Below, one piece after another: positions 20,323 to 30,253 of a DNA stretch of 64,000 bases. The translations under genes and the position numbers were made by a program. The notes beneath the pieces are model-generated. The model saw only the letters and a list, made by a program, of their open reading frames with translations, did not search any database and was not told where the DNA came from. Position 1 is the first letter of the stretch. Each line of letters starts with the position of its first letter. Location: the IMG/VR virus record IMGVR_UViG_3300033388_007730, positions 124,001 to 188,000 of that record; one strand, written 5' to 3'.

Positions 20323-20874
20323 GTGGATATGAGTGGTATGATGAAGAATCTCGATGGGGCACAAATTTATCTCAGCGGTGGAATCGACAGGGTAGAGGAT
20401 GACGGTCTGGGGTGGAGAAAAGAATTTAGGAATAGATGTAACAGGGCAAAACTTCCTGTTGGATTTTTGGATCCAACGAATAAGCCAGATCATCTTGGAT
20501 CGGAGGTCGGAGAAGAGAAGAACAGGGTGAGGGTGCTATTAGAAGCTCATAAATGGGAACAAGCACAAAATCAAGCAAAATATTTTAGACATATAGATTT
20601 AAGAATGGTAGATAGTTGCCATTTGTTTGTAGTTTATATTGATATAACTAGTCATCTTTGTGGTACATATCAGGAGCTGTTTCTTGCTGAATCGCAGAGT
20701 AAGCCTATGTTCGTTATTATGGCTCCTGGTCAGAGTAAATGGGATATTCCTTCTTGGCTAGTCACTGTATTTGACGAAGATGATGTCTTCAATGATGTTA
20801 AATCTTGTGTGGAACATTTGAAATTGCTTCATTCTGGTAAAATTATTTTTGACGATAAATGGATTATGATATAA
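20323..20874 (+). CDS. Nucleoside 2-deoxyribosyltransferase-like protein
   Basis: IYLSGGID, WRK, LDPT, DLRMVD, GTYQEL. Confidence 0.75.
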   Translation: MDMSGMMKNLDGAQIYLSGGIDRVEDDGLGWRKEFRNRCNRAKLPVGFLDPTNKPDHLGSEVGEEKNRVRVLLEAHKWEQAQNQAKYFRHIDLRMVDSCHLFVVYIDITSHLCGTYQELFLAESQSKPMFVIMAPGQSKWDIPSWLVTVFDEDDVFNDVKSCVEHLKLLHSGKIIFDDKWIMI

Positions 20875-21040
20875 AAATAAAAAAGAATTTATTACATATG
20901 TCAGGATAGTTATTAATTATAATCAGATATAGGAGTATTTGATAAATCTCATTATTCTTTTCAAAGTTGTGCTGCTGAATTATTTAGAATGAGATTGGTT
21001 GATTTTGATAAGAATAAGAATAAGAAGGAATATTATGTAG

Positions 21041-21069
21041 TTGTAAAGTGAAAGATATTTTAGTATAAT
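21041..21069 (+). promoter_or_regulatory. AAAGTGA-box promoter
   Basis: TTGTAAAGTGAAAGATATTTTAGTATAAT. Confidence 0.7.
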
Positions 21070-21098
21070 AGAAGAAATTAAATTTTAGGAGAAGTAAA

Positions 21099-21545
21099 AT
21101 GGCAAAAGTAAGACCTGAATATGAAGTAAATGATGAGTTCAACACTATGGCTACTCAAGTTGTTGAAAAATATACAAACCTGTTTGCAGGTGTTAAAGTA
21201 GATCAAATTTGTTGTATGAATATTGTTAATAAAGAAAGACCAGAGAGCAAGAAGAAAGTGTGGCAGTTAGAGGCAGTTAAAATGCCTATGGCTCTTCATT
21301 GTACTTATGGTTGGTATGTAACTCTTTATTCATCTGATTGGGAAGCTTATTCACAAACCCAGAAATTATTGTTAATTGCTACTATTCTTCATGGTATGCC
21401 AACAGATGATTCAGATGATGGCAAGATTGTCCCTATGGATACTAAAGGATATTCTACTATGTTTAGAACCTTTAAGGGAATAGATTATATGGATGATACT
21501 AATGCCCCTAATATACTCGATGAAGATATTAAATGGGTAAAGTAA
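21099..21545 (+). CDS. Phage metallopeptidase-like protein with a degenerate HExxH
   Basis: WEAYSQTQKLLLIATILH resembles W..LS..Q...L..HELxH but lacks the first His and the Glu. Confidence 0.45.
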   Translation: MAKVRPEYEVNDEFNTMATQVVEKYTNLFAGVKVDQICCMNIVNKERPESKKKVWQLEAVKMPMALHCTYGWYVTLYSSDWEAYSQTQKLLLIATILHGMPTDDSDDGKIVPMDTKGYSTMFRTFKGIDYMDDTNAPNILDEDIKWVK

Positions 21546-21546
21546 T

Positions 21547-21756
21547 ATGTATAGAATAGATAAATTTTTAGAATATTATAATAGTTTGTCTGGTACACAA
21601 ACTTGTCTTGATGGGCACATATGGGTGAATGCTCGACCTCTTCCTTTCTATTATGGGTTCCTTACAAAAGGATATTGACGTGAAAAGAAACAAAGGAAGA
21701 AAGATGCTAAAGCTGTTCTGAAAGGGACAGCAATAGCAGTAACTTGGAAAGAATAA
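21547..21756 (+). pseudogene. Small phage-type ORF interrupted by an in-frame TGA (21676-21678)
   Basis: MYRIDK...WVNARPLPFYYGFLTKGY*REKKQRKKDAKAVLKGTAIAVTWKE fills the gap exactly; not in the ORF track. Confidence 0.55.
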
Positions 21757-21779
21757 TTAATGTAAAATAAGGAGAAATA

Positions 21780-22235
21780 ATGAGTAAATATCAATTATGG
21801 TCAAGAGATGAGTATGGTCAAGGAAGCATACTTTTTACTTCAGAAAATGTAGATGAAGTAATCAAGAGAGGTAAAGAAGAAGTTACAAAACTTAATGTAT
21901 CTAATGCTTTAACAGCAGATGATCGTGAAAGAAATTGGGAAGCATATATGGTTAGTATAACTTCTGAGAGTAAGAAGAAAACTAAGTATGTATATGGTGG
22001 ACCTTACGCCCAAGCAACTGATACTGTTTATGCTTTTGGAGCAAAGAATGAAGATACAGTTAAATTAGGAGAAGTTCCAAAGGCTGTTGTTAGGATTTAT
22101 CTTGGTAATATTTCTGTTGACAGACATAAAGAAGAAGATTGGTTCGCTTCTGATGTTGGTAGAAAACAAATCATTGATAAGATTGATCATCAAGATCTTA
22201 GTGGCAAGGCTATATTCTTTGTAAAAAAGGTGTAG
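21780..22235 (+). CDS. Hypothetical protein
   Basis: AAGGAG RBS, 151-aa ORF. Confidence 0.65.
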   Translation: MSKYQLWSRDEYGQGSILFTSENVDEVIKRGKEEVTKLNVSNALTADDRERNWEAYMVSITSESKKKTKYVYGGPYAQATDTVYAFGAKNEDTVKLGEVPKAVVRIYLGNISVDRHKEEDWFASDVGRKQIIDKIDHQDLSGKAIFFVKKV

Positions 22236-22237
22236 TT

Positions 22238-22951
22238 ATGGAAGATACTATTATTATAGGAATGTCTGGTAAGAAACAATCTGGTAAAACTCTTTCTTGC
22301 GAAGATATTCAGAGAAAATATGGTCTATCACAATCTGCCAATTATCCTGTTACAACTATTTCTGCTACAGTAGCTCTATATAGTTTTGCTGATATGCTTA
22401 AACAAAAAGTATGTATGGATACTATGGGATTAACATATGAGCAATGTAATGGAACTAATGAACAAAAGAGCACTCCTACCAAATATAAATGGGAAAATTT
22501 ACCACGACAGATAAGATATGATAATAAATTGGGATCTAAATATGCATCTAATGGAGAAGTGTATCAACACATCTTACCAGAAGGATTTATGACTGCTAGA
22601 GAGATTTTACAGATAGTTGGGACAGACATATTTAGAAAGTATTTTGATGATGATATTTGGGTGAATGCTACTTTCAGAAAAATAGAGAAAGAGAAACCTA
22701 AAGTAGCAATTATTACAGATGCCAGGTTTCCAGGTGAGATCGACGCAATAATGAATAATGGTGGTTGTGTAATTCGTCTGTTAAGAGATGTCTGCGAAAG
22801 TGATTTTCATGAAAGTGAAACAGCATTAGATGATTATGATTTTACAAAGTGGGGAAATAGAGTTTGTATTATTGATAATCAACATATGAGTATAGAAGAA
22901 AAAAATGTTGTTGTATTTAAGTATCTAGAGGGAATAATCAAATGTCAATAA
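22238..22951 (+). CDS. Deoxynucleoside monophosphate kinase (phage type)
   Basis: SGKKQSGKT, SFADMLK, TAREILQIVGTD, IITDARF, HESE. Confidence 0.85.
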   Translation: MEDTIIIGMSGKKQSGKTLSCEDIQRKYGLSQSANYPVTTISATVALYSFADMLKQKVCMDTMGLTYEQCNGTNEQKSTPTKYKWENLPRQIRYDNKLGSKYASNGEVYQHILPEGFMTAREILQIVGTDIFRKYFDDDIWVNATFRKIEKEKPKVAIITDARFPGEIDAIMNNGGCVIRLLRDVCESDFHESETALDDYDFTKWGNRVCIIDNQHMSIEEKNVVVFKYLEGIIKCQ

Positions 22952-25647
22952 ATGATTCATTAGCTGTAAAATATAGACCAGGTAAGTTGGATGATGTTAT
23001 CGGTCAACCAGTCGTTGTTAAAGCATTTAAAAATGCATTCAAATCTGAGACACTTCATCATGCTTATATTTTAGCGGGAAAATATGGTTGTGGGAAATGT
23101 GTAACAGGAGATACTCTTGTTTTAACCGATAAGGGATTGAAGCGTATCGATGATATTGTGCCGAAACAAACGGGTATATCTTCAATTGATGTTAAAATTG
23201 TAGATGAACAGGGAATGGGAAGAACTTTTTTTGGATATTACGAAGAAAATGTAGATACAAAAAGAGTTACAAATAATTTAGGAATAGAGATACAAGGGAC
23301 ATTAGAGCATCCTTTAAGAGTTTTTAATACTAATACTTGTAATATTGAGTGGAGGAATATTGGGGAGATTAAAAATGGAGATATCTTACCTATTTACAGA
23401 AATGAGTATTGTATAAAAAATAAAAAGACAGAGTTATTATCTAAAAGTAATATTTTGTTAGAACTTTATATGATAGACAAAACTAGAAATTTAAAAGATA
23501 AAGTTGTCTGTCCAATTTGTGAAAAAGAGTTTTTGCAGCTAAACACACATTTAAAAACACATGATATATCTCTAAGTAAATTCCGCAAAAAGTATGGAGA
23601 AGATTATCCTATTCATGGAAAGCAGTTTGCCATAAATAATATTAAGAAATCTATAAAATCTGTTACATTGCCAACTCACGTTAATGATGATTTCGCAAGA
23701 TTTATAGGATATTTATTATCAGAGGGTAACATTTATAATAATTCTATTATTTTTACCAATTCTGATAAAATAGTTTTAGACGATTACGAGAGAATTGTTT
23801 CGCGTTTATTCGGAGTTAAAATTGAAAAGAGCAAAGATAGTCGTAAAGAAAATTTGTATAACTATCGTATCCATTCGGCATTGTTAGTATTTTATCTGAA
23901 TAGAATAGGAGGCATTAATCTTGCATTAAAAGAGAAGTATATTCCTAAACAATTATTTAGCTGGGACCATAAATACATTGTTGAATTTTTAAAAGCTTTG
24001 TTTGAGGGGGATGGAGGGATCAACGGTAAAAGAGTATCTTATTATACAATAAGCAAAAGATTATCAAAAGAGATTCAGCAGCTATTGTTAAGTTTTGGGA
24101 TAGTGTCTTATTTAAGAAAAGAAACAAAAAAATATAATAACTGTGTGAGGAAGTTGGGGCATGTTGCTTATTCGGTTAATATTAGTGGTTTAGATTTAAA
24201 GAAATATTATGAAGTAATTAATTTTATTTCAAATATTAAAAAGAATAGTTTGTCATTAATAGCGAATAAAAATGAAACTAATAATGATACAATACCTGGA
24301 ATCGCAAAATTATCTCATAGTATTATTGATACTTTGGGCATTTCAAAAGCAGGTAAAATACAGGTGGGAGACAAATGGATAATCGCCCCGAAAAAGCCTA
24401 GTAATTTTTCTGTTATTGCTAAAAAAAATGGTAATATATCTTATAGTAAATTAAGAGAAATTATTTCATATTTAGAGAGTCTCAAAGATATTGTCTCTCA
24501 TAAGTATAGTGATAAAAAAACTTTTTATGAGTTTATAAGCATTATAGATATATGCAATGAATTGTATGATAAGAAATATTATTTTTCGAGAGTAACTTTT
24601 GTTGAAGGTGGGCTTAATACAAGTGTTTATGATATATGTAAAGATGGAGGAGACAAATCTTTTATAGCTAATGGATACATTAGCCACAATACAACAGTTG
24701 CCAGAATAATAGCTGCTATGGAAAATTGTGAGAAGAATGGAAAAGACCCTTGCGGTGAATGCAAAAATTGCAGAGATATATTGAGTGGTAATTCTATAGA
24801 GGTAATTGAACTTGATGCTGCTAGTCATGGTGGTGTTGATGATATAAGAGCAATACATAAAGATCTCTACCAAATGCCTATCTCTTGTAAAGTGAAATAT
24901 GTTATCATTGATGAGGCTCATTCATTAACTAAACAAAGTGCTGAAGCAGCATTAAAGATGATTGAAGAGCCTCCTGAGTTTGTGAGATTTGTACTATGTA
25001 CAACAGAACCACAATCATTTAAACCAACTATTCATAGCAGGTGTATAACTTGGAAATTCAATAGTGTCAGTTGGATGGAGATGATACCGCTATTAGAAAC
25101 TATTTGTTCAGAAGAGGGTATCTCTTTTGATCGTGAATCTTTATCTATAATTACGAAAGCTTCAAAGGGTTCTGTCAGGAATTCATTACAGAATTTACAG
25201 ACAGTTATGAATTACACTGGAACTAAGAAACTCTCTCCAGAAGAATGTAGGGAAGCATTAGGAGTAGTCAATTCTAAGCTGTATTCTGATTTGATTGATG
25301 GGATAATTGAAGTAAAGATAATGAATTGTTATAAAGTAATTGAAGAGATTTTGAAAGATGGAAAAGATATTGGTTTGATTATAGATGGTGTATATGAATA
25401 TTTGAATAATATTCTTGTGGTAAGAGCCTGCAAGAATGATTTATCACATTTCAATTTCAGTGATGCAGAGATTAAAAAATACATTAGTCAAGCAGCAGGG
25501 ATGGAAGGTGATATGGTTCTTAGAACAATGAATTTGATGAATAATTTAGCTTTTGGTGTTGAATATGGACTTAACCCTCAAGTGTTACTCAATAAATTTG
25601 TTACTGAAGCTATGCTTACTAATAAGAGGTTCATGAAAAAGAGATAA
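22942..25647 (+). CDS. dnaX: DNA polymerase III clamp-loader gamma/tau subunit containing an intein
   Basis: KYRP, IGQ, HAYILAG..GCGK|TT, CGECKNC, ELDAAS, IIDEAH, LKMIEEPP, TIHSRC. Confidence 0.93.
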   Translation: MSINDSLAVKYRPGKLDDVIGQPVVVKAFKNAFKSETLHHAYILAGKYGCGKCVTGDTLVLTDKGLKRIDDIVPKQTGISSIDVKIVDEQGMGRTFFGYYEENVDTKRVTNNLGIEIQGTLEHPLRVFNTNTCNIEWRNIGEIKNGDILPIYRNEYCIKNKKTELLSKSNILLELYMIDKTRNLKDKVVCPICEKEFLQLNTHLKTHDISLSKFRKKYGEDYPIHGKQFAINNIKKSIKSVTLPTHVNDDFARFIGYLLSEGNIYNNSIIFTNSDKIVLDDYERIVSRLFGVKIEKSKDSRKENLYNYRIHSALLVFYLNRIGGINLALKEKYIPKQLFSWDHKYIVEFLKALFEGDGGINGKRVSYYTISKRLSKEIQQLLLSFGIVSYLRKETKKYNNCVRKLGHVAYSVNISGLDLKKYYEVINFISNIKKNSLSLIANKNETNNDTIPGIAKLSHSIIDTLGISKAGKIQVGDKWIIAPKKPSNFSVIAKKNGNISYSKLREIISYLESLKDIVSHKYSDKKTFYEFISIIDICNELYDKKYYFSRVTFVEGGLNTSVYDICKDGGDKSFIANGYISHNTTVARIIAAMENCEKNGKDPCGECKNCRDILSGNSIEVIELDAASHGGVDDIRAIHKDLYQMPISCKVKYVIIDEAHSLTKQSAEAALKMIEEPPEFVRFVLCTTEPQSFKPTIHSRCITWKFNSVSWMEMIPLLETICSEEGISFDRESLSIITKASKGSVRNSLQNLQTVMNYTGTKKLSPEECREALGVVNSKLYSDLIDGIIEVKIMNCYKVIEEILKDGKDIGLIIDGVYEYLNNILVVRACKNDLSHFNFSDAEIKKYISQAAGMEGDMVLRTMNLMNNLAFGVEYGLNPQVLLNKFVTEAMLTNKRFMKKR
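23098..24690 (+). mobile_element. Intein (531 aa) in the DnaX Walker A motif, with LAGLIDADG and C2H2 zinc finger
   Basis: GCGK|CVTGDTLV ... FIANGYISHN|TTVAR; GTLEHP; FIGYLLSEG and FLKALFEGDG. Confidence 0.95.
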
Positions 25648-25654
25648 AGATTAT

Positions 25655-25682
25655 TAAACACTTTTTTGATATGTGTCGATAT
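25655..25682 (+). promoter_or_regulatory. Candidate sigma28/SigD-like promoter upstream of the sigH-like gene
   Basis: TAAA-N16-GTCGATAT versus consensus TAAA-N15/16-GCCGATAW. Confidence 0.45.
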
Positions 25683-25714
25683 AAATAACGCAATATGACA
25701 CATGCGAAAGGAGT

Positions 25715-26434
25715 GTGAATATGGATAAATCCAAGAATGATGGAAAAATCAGTAACTTGGATTATCAGGGTTTAGTAGATATAGTGAGAAGTGGCAGAAA
25801 TAAGAAGCAGAATCAAGCATATAATGAAATAGAAAATAGGATAAGACCAAAGATATATTTTATTATAAGGCAATTTTATATACCAGGATGTAATTATGAT
25901 GATATTTTACAAGAGGCATTATTCGCTTTAAGATATAAAGCTATTCCGGATTATGATGGTAGTCGTGGCAGAGGCGATACCATTTATCCATTTGATAATT
26001 TTGCAGTTCTTTGTATAAGAAGACATTTATCTACATTATTGAAATCTAGCTTCCAAAATAAAAGAAAAGCACTAAATACAAGTTTGTCCTTAGACCAAGA
26101 TAGAAATAATGTTTCAGATGATAGTTTATTTTTATCAGATATAATTCCGAGAACGGAAGGTAGTGTCGTAGGTGATTTGGGAGAAAAAGAATATTATCAA
26201 AAACTATTTAGCAGCTTATACGCAGAGTTGTCTATATTAGAGAAAAGAGTATTTAGTTTATATTCTAAAAGATATTCTTATGGTGAAATTTCTATAAAGA
26301 TAAATAAATATTACAGGAAAAATAAGATAAAGAAAAAGACGAATATTAAATCCATAGATAATGCTCTTTCGAGGATAAAACAAAAAGCAAAAGAAGTTTA
26401 TGAGAGATATGGATTAGAGGAAGAGAATGAGTAA
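25715..26434 (+). CDS. Sigma-70 family factor, SigH/Spo0H-like
   Basis: DDILQEA, FAVLCIRRHL, ALNTSLSLD, LSILEKRV, SYGEIS, KSIDNALSRIKQK. Confidence 0.85.
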   Translation: MNMDKSKNDGKISNLDYQGLVDIVRSGRNKKQNQAYNEIENRIRPKIYFIIRQFYIPGCNYDDILQEALFALRYKAIPDYDGSRGRGDTIYPFDNFAVLCIRRHLSTLLKSSFQNKRKALNTSLSLDQDRNNVSDDSLFLSDIIPRTEGSVVGDLGEKEYYQKLFSSLYAELSILEKRVFSLYSKRYSYGEISIKINKYYRKNKIKKKTNIKSIDNALSRIKQKAKEVYERYGLEEENE

Positions 26435-26501
26435 TAAAATTAGAGAAGATCTTCACTCATCCTGTAAAAAATAATATGTAGTTGTAATAATTAGGTGACG
26501 T

Positions 26502-27404
26502 ATGAACAAAGTAGCATTTTTATTTCCTGGACAGGGATCTCAATTCATTGGTATGGCAGAAGATAGTTATCTGTATGATACTGCAAATGATATATTGGGA
26601 TATGATATAAAAGACATATGTAATAATGGTCCTTTAGAAAAACTCAATTCTACTATAGTTTCACAACCTGCTATATTCATCGCTTCTGCTGTAATGTTAG
26701 AAATATTTGATACGATGATGCCAGAAATTTTCCCCTCTTTTGTGGCTGGATTAAGTTTAGGAGAATATACTGCTTTATATGCCGCAGGAGTGATAAATTT
26801 TGAGACTGGTCTTATGTTAGTTCAGGAAAGAGCAGAGTGGATGCAAGGAGCAGTTGATCGTTCAAAAGGTGGTATGGTTAGTATCATAGGATTAGATGAA
26901 GAAAAAGTTAGAGAATTGTGTAAAGTGGCAGCAGAAGATGAGTATTTAACATTAGCTATTTTCAATTGTCCATCTCAAATAGTTATTAGTGGAGATATTG
27001 TGGCTTGCTATCGTGTTGTATTATTAGCTAAAGAGTGTGGAGCTATCAAAGCTATTAAATTAGATGTTGCGGGAGCTTTTCATTCAAAAATGATGAGATA
27101 TGCTGTCAGTGGATTAAAAGATGTTTTGTGGCATCACATAGATCAAGATTATCAAATTCCTTCTGATGTAAAAATAATATCTAATGTAGATGCTGAGTAT
27201 TATGTTGATGATAATAACATCAGGAATAATCTTGCTGTTCAACTTATTCAACCTATTTTGTGGCAAAAGTGTATGGAGAGATTAATTAGAGATGGAGCAG
27301 ATGAATTTTATGAAATAGGACCAGGGAGAACTCTTACGGGATTAATGAAGAGAATAGACAGAAAACAAAAAATATTTCATGTTTTAGATGTATTAAAAAA
27401 ATAG
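26502..27404 (+). CDS. fabD: Malonyl-CoA:ACP transacylase
   Basis: FLFPGQGSQ, SQPAI, AGLSLGEY (catalytic Ser), GAFHS, EIGPG. Confidence 0.93.
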   Translation: MNKVAFLFPGQGSQFIGMAEDSYLYDTANDILGYDIKDICNNGPLEKLNSTIVSQPAIFIASAVMLEIFDTMMPEIFPSFVAGLSLGEYTALYAAGVINFETGLMLVQERAEWMQGAVDRSKGGMVSIIGLDEEKVRELCKVAAEDEYLTLAIFNCPSQIVISGDIVACYRVVLLAKECGAIKAIKLDVAGAFHSKMMRYAVSGLKDVLWHHIDQDYQIPSDVKIISNVDAEYYVDDNNIRNNLAVQLIQPILWQKCMERLIRDGADEFYEIGPGRTLTGLMKRIDRKQKIFHVLDVLKK

Positions 27405-27415
27405 GAGAATTAAAG

Positions 27416-27493
27416 ATGGTAACAATATTTAATTCAATAGCAATAATATTATTGTGTATTGCTCCTTATACTCATCTTAATAATAATCATTGA
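27416..27493 (+). CDS. Possible 25-aa hydrophobic peptide
   Basis: AGGAG then MVTIFNSIAIILLCIAPYTHLNNNH*. Confidence 0.3.
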   Translation: MVTIFNSIAIILLCIAPYTHLNNNH

Positions 27494-27518
27494 AAAGTGA
27501 AAAGCAATATGCTATAAT
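27490..27518 (+). promoter_or_regulatory. AAAGTGA-box promoter
   Basis: TTGAAAAGTGAAAAGCAATATGCTATAAT. Confidence 0.8.
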
Positions 27519-27557
27519 AAGTAATGTAAATAAAGTTGAAATATAGGAGATGAAGTA

Positions 27558-28823
27558 ATGAAGTTTAAAATTAATGCAGGAGAGTTCGTTAGGTCTTTAA
27601 ATGCCACTTTTGATGTAGCTACAAAATGCATTGCGCCAGGTGTTGATACAGAGAATATGATAACTATTAAATCAGATAAAGATAAGATAGTGGCAACATC
27701 TTATGGTGGAAGTGCCAGTGTTATTACTAAAATAAGTAATGATTTTTCTACGGAGATGTCTTATGAGAGTGAAGAATCTGGTGAGGCTACATTCAATGCA
27801 ATTATAATGATGAAATCATTACAGGTGTTCAAGGGATCTGATATCAACGTTGGACTAGACTCTAATCAAGTAATTCTTTCTCTTTGCGATGATGAGGATT
27901 TTATACAATGTGTTCCTACATACGATGGTTCTATATCTATTCCCCCAGTTGCTGATAAATTCACAAAAGAATTATCTGTTAATAGAGAAATTTTGATTGA
28001 AGGTATAAAAAAGGTTCAATTTGCTGTTGGATTTGCAGAAACACAAAGAAAATATTTATGTCTGATTCTAAGAACTACAAAAACAGGTATGAGATTTATA
28101 GCTGGTTCTGGTGGGGAATTTGCGATATCTGATATTACAGGAAAGGGTATATCTACTGGTAAAGGGGAGATTATTTTTCCTCATTTAAATTTATCTAATA
28201 TAACTGCTATACTATCCAATTCATCTGATAAAAATGTAGAAATTAAATGCGCTAAGAAAAATGATGCTAATAATATCCCAGCGCAAATAGTTTTAAAACT
28301 TAAACATTCTACTATATGTTTGTTTAAGATAGATGCAGCTATCAATTATCCAGATATTGATTCTGTGTTAGACTTTGATTATCCTAATAAGATTAGCAGT
28401 AACATTCTTGAGTGGAAAAGGTCAATAGCAGGAATTGATGCTGCTGATTTAGGGAATAAAGGATCAGACAAAGTTCCTAATACGGAAGTAAAGATTGATA
28501 AGAAGAATGAAATACTTCGTATTGAGACAAAGGGAGAATTAAAGTCTAAAAGTAAAGTATGTATTAAGAGTGGTGATAGCTCGATATCTGATAAGGAACC
28601 TTGGTTCAAGTGTAATTCTAAATATCTTAAAAACATAACTACCAAGTGTGGCATAGATAGTGGAGACATAGTAATCAACTTTGAGAACCAGCAGCCTCCT
28701 ACTGGCGTGAATGGCAAGTCTCATAGTATAAAACCTATTCTAATTAATTTTCCTGATAATGTTAATGCTGGTAAAAGTACTACTGAGAGTTTTAAGTTAT
28801 TTTTCATTGCTTCAACACTATAA
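27558..28823 (+). CDS. dnaN: Divergent DNA polymerase III beta sliding clamp
   Basis: MKFKIN start, LIEGIKKVQFAV, NYPDIDSVL, FKCNSKYL, C-terminal KPIL; lies near dnaX and holA. Confidence 0.7.
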   Translation: MKFKINAGEFVRSLNATFDVATKCIAPGVDTENMITIKSDKDKIVATSYGGSASVITKISNDFSTEMSYESEESGEATFNAIIMMKSLQVFKGSDINVGLDSNQVILSLCDDEDFIQCVPTYDGSISIPPVADKFTKELSVNREILIEGIKKVQFAVGFAETQRKYLCLILRTTKTGMRFIAGSGGEFAISDITGKGISTGKGEIIFPHLNLSNITAILSNSSDKNVEIKCAKKNDANNIPAQIVLKLKHSTICLFKIDAAINYPDIDSVLDFDYPNKISSNILEWKRSIAGIDAADLGNKGSDKVPNTEVKIDKKNEILRIETKGELKSKSKVCIKSGDSSISDKEPWFKCNSKYLKNITTKCGIDSGDIVINFENQQPPTGVNGKSHSIKPILINFPDNVNAGKSTTESFKLFFIASTL

Positions 28824-28833
28824 TCAGGATAAT

Positions 28834-30006
28834 ATGAAAAGAATATTTTTATTAGAAGGTTGTTGGTTCTATCGTAATGATGCTCTTTCTAAATTGAAAG
28901 AGGTTGTTGGGGATCATGACTTATATTCTTTTGATAACAAATGTAGTTATGAGTATGTTAAACAAATTATAATGGAGTTATCTTGTTTCGGCAATCGTAA
29001 GTTAATTATTATAAATGAATTGCCATTTGTTAAAGCTCCTAATAAATCTCAAGCTAAGACAAAAGTGACTAATTATTTTCAGAAATTGATTCCAAAAATG
29101 CCAGATGGTAGTATTGTTGTTTTTAATGGTTGTATATCTGAAAGAAATAAGAAGTTTAAAGCTGTTGTCAAGGAACACGGTAAAATATATTCTTCCGAAA
29201 AGAAGAAGAATAAGAATGAGGCTACTAAATTTGTAGTTGGTTTTTTTGAGGGAATTAATAAAGAAATATCATTTGATGATGCATTTATTATAGCTAATTC
29301 TTTGAATTTAGATGTTGATACAGTTGATATGGATAATTTAATTCTGCTGTGCTATAAGGTAAGAGATTATATTGGGGTTAAGAAGAAAGTATCTAATGCT
29401 GATATATTGTTAGTGTGTAATCAGTCCAGAGAGTTCGTGACCTGGAACTTGTTTAATAGTTTTGACGATAAGGATTTTTGTCATGCTATGGAGTTATTGA
29501 ATATACTGTTGAATTCTGCTAAGAGTGTAGAGGGTGAGATAATTAAGTTGATGGCTAGTATCAGGTGGAAGTATAATTTGTTGTTTATGGCTAAGGATGG
29601 TGTTTTTCATGAAATGTCAAAAAAGGAGATAGTTGATAAAATCTCGAAATTAAATAAAATGGAAAGAAGTGGTAGAGGGAAAAAGATTAAAATGAATCTT
29701 AAAGAAGAGAGTGGGAAGACGACTCCTGCCTATTCTAATGCTATGATTAATTCTGTTTTTAATGGTAGAAATGGAAGAAAACCATCATTGTCTTGTTATA
29801 CGCATGATCAATTGATTCTAATTAATTACGCTATAAATAAGTCACTTATAAAGGTTAGATCTGGATGTACAAAGCATGAAATACTTATACCGATAGAGTT
29901 TTTGTTTTTAACTATTTGCGGCAAAATTAAAAAAATAGAGTCTTTGAGAATTTTAGAGAGTAAGAATTTGATAACTTTAGAGGATTATTATGACATCTCT
30001 TGCTGA
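28834..30006 (+). CDS. holA: DNA polymerase III delta subunit-like
   Basis: ELSCFGNRKLIII (cf. SLF..RKLV), VTWNLFNSF...AMELL helical domain; follows dnaN. Confidence 0.65.
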   Translation: MKRIFLLEGCWFYRNDALSKLKEVVGDHDLYSFDNKCSYEYVKQIIMELSCFGNRKLIIINELPFVKAPNKSQAKTKVTNYFQKLIPKMPDGSIVVFNGCISERNKKFKAVVKEHGKIYSSEKKKNKNEATKFVVGFFEGINKEISFDDAFIIANSLNLDVDTVDMDNLILLCYKVRDYIGVKKKVSNADILLVCNQSREFVTWNLFNSFDDKDFCHAMELLNILLNSAKSVEGEIIKLMASIRWKYNLLFMAKDGVFHEMSKKEIVDKISKLNKMERSGRGKKIKMNLKEESGKTTPAYSNAMINSVFNGRNGRKPSLSCYTHDQLILINYAINKSLIKVRSGCTKHEILIPIEFLFLTICGKIKKIESLRILESKNLITLEDYYDISC

Positions 30007-30244
30007 AAATGTAGGTAATTTAATGATGGCTGTGGCAAAAATCCCCGATATTTGCTCAGAATTCCAGAAAACACCGTCTGACGAGAATGGTGAAAAAATT
30101 ATTGAAATAATTGAAGAATCTGAAAAAAAACTATTGACAATTAAGAAGAATATTGTTATAATAGTCAATGACATGAAGGAAGAAGAAAGCTTCAGTGTAG
30201 AAGCAACACTTTCAAATAATGGTTTTATTATTAAGAATGAATAG
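29990..30244 (+). CDS. Hypothetical protein
   Basis: GAGG RBS, 84-aa ORF. Confidence 0.5.
   Translation: MTSLAENVGNLMMAVAKIPDICSEFQKTPSDENGEKIIEIIEESEKKLLTIKKNIVIIVNDMKEEESFSVEATLSNNGFIIKNE
30134..30162 (+). promoter_or_regulatory. Consensus sigma70 promoter without the AAAGTGA box
   Basis: TTGACA-N17-TATAAT with extended TG. Confidence 0.7.
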
Positions 30245-30253
30245 GGAGTAGTA

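Noticed and set aside
21676-21678. Genome-wide stop-codon reassignment
   Set aside because: TGA, TAG and TAA all end well-supported genes and coding density under the standard code is high
22942-25647. dnaX tau/gamma programmed frameshift
   Set aside because: The spliced product is already gamma-sized and no tau extension follows
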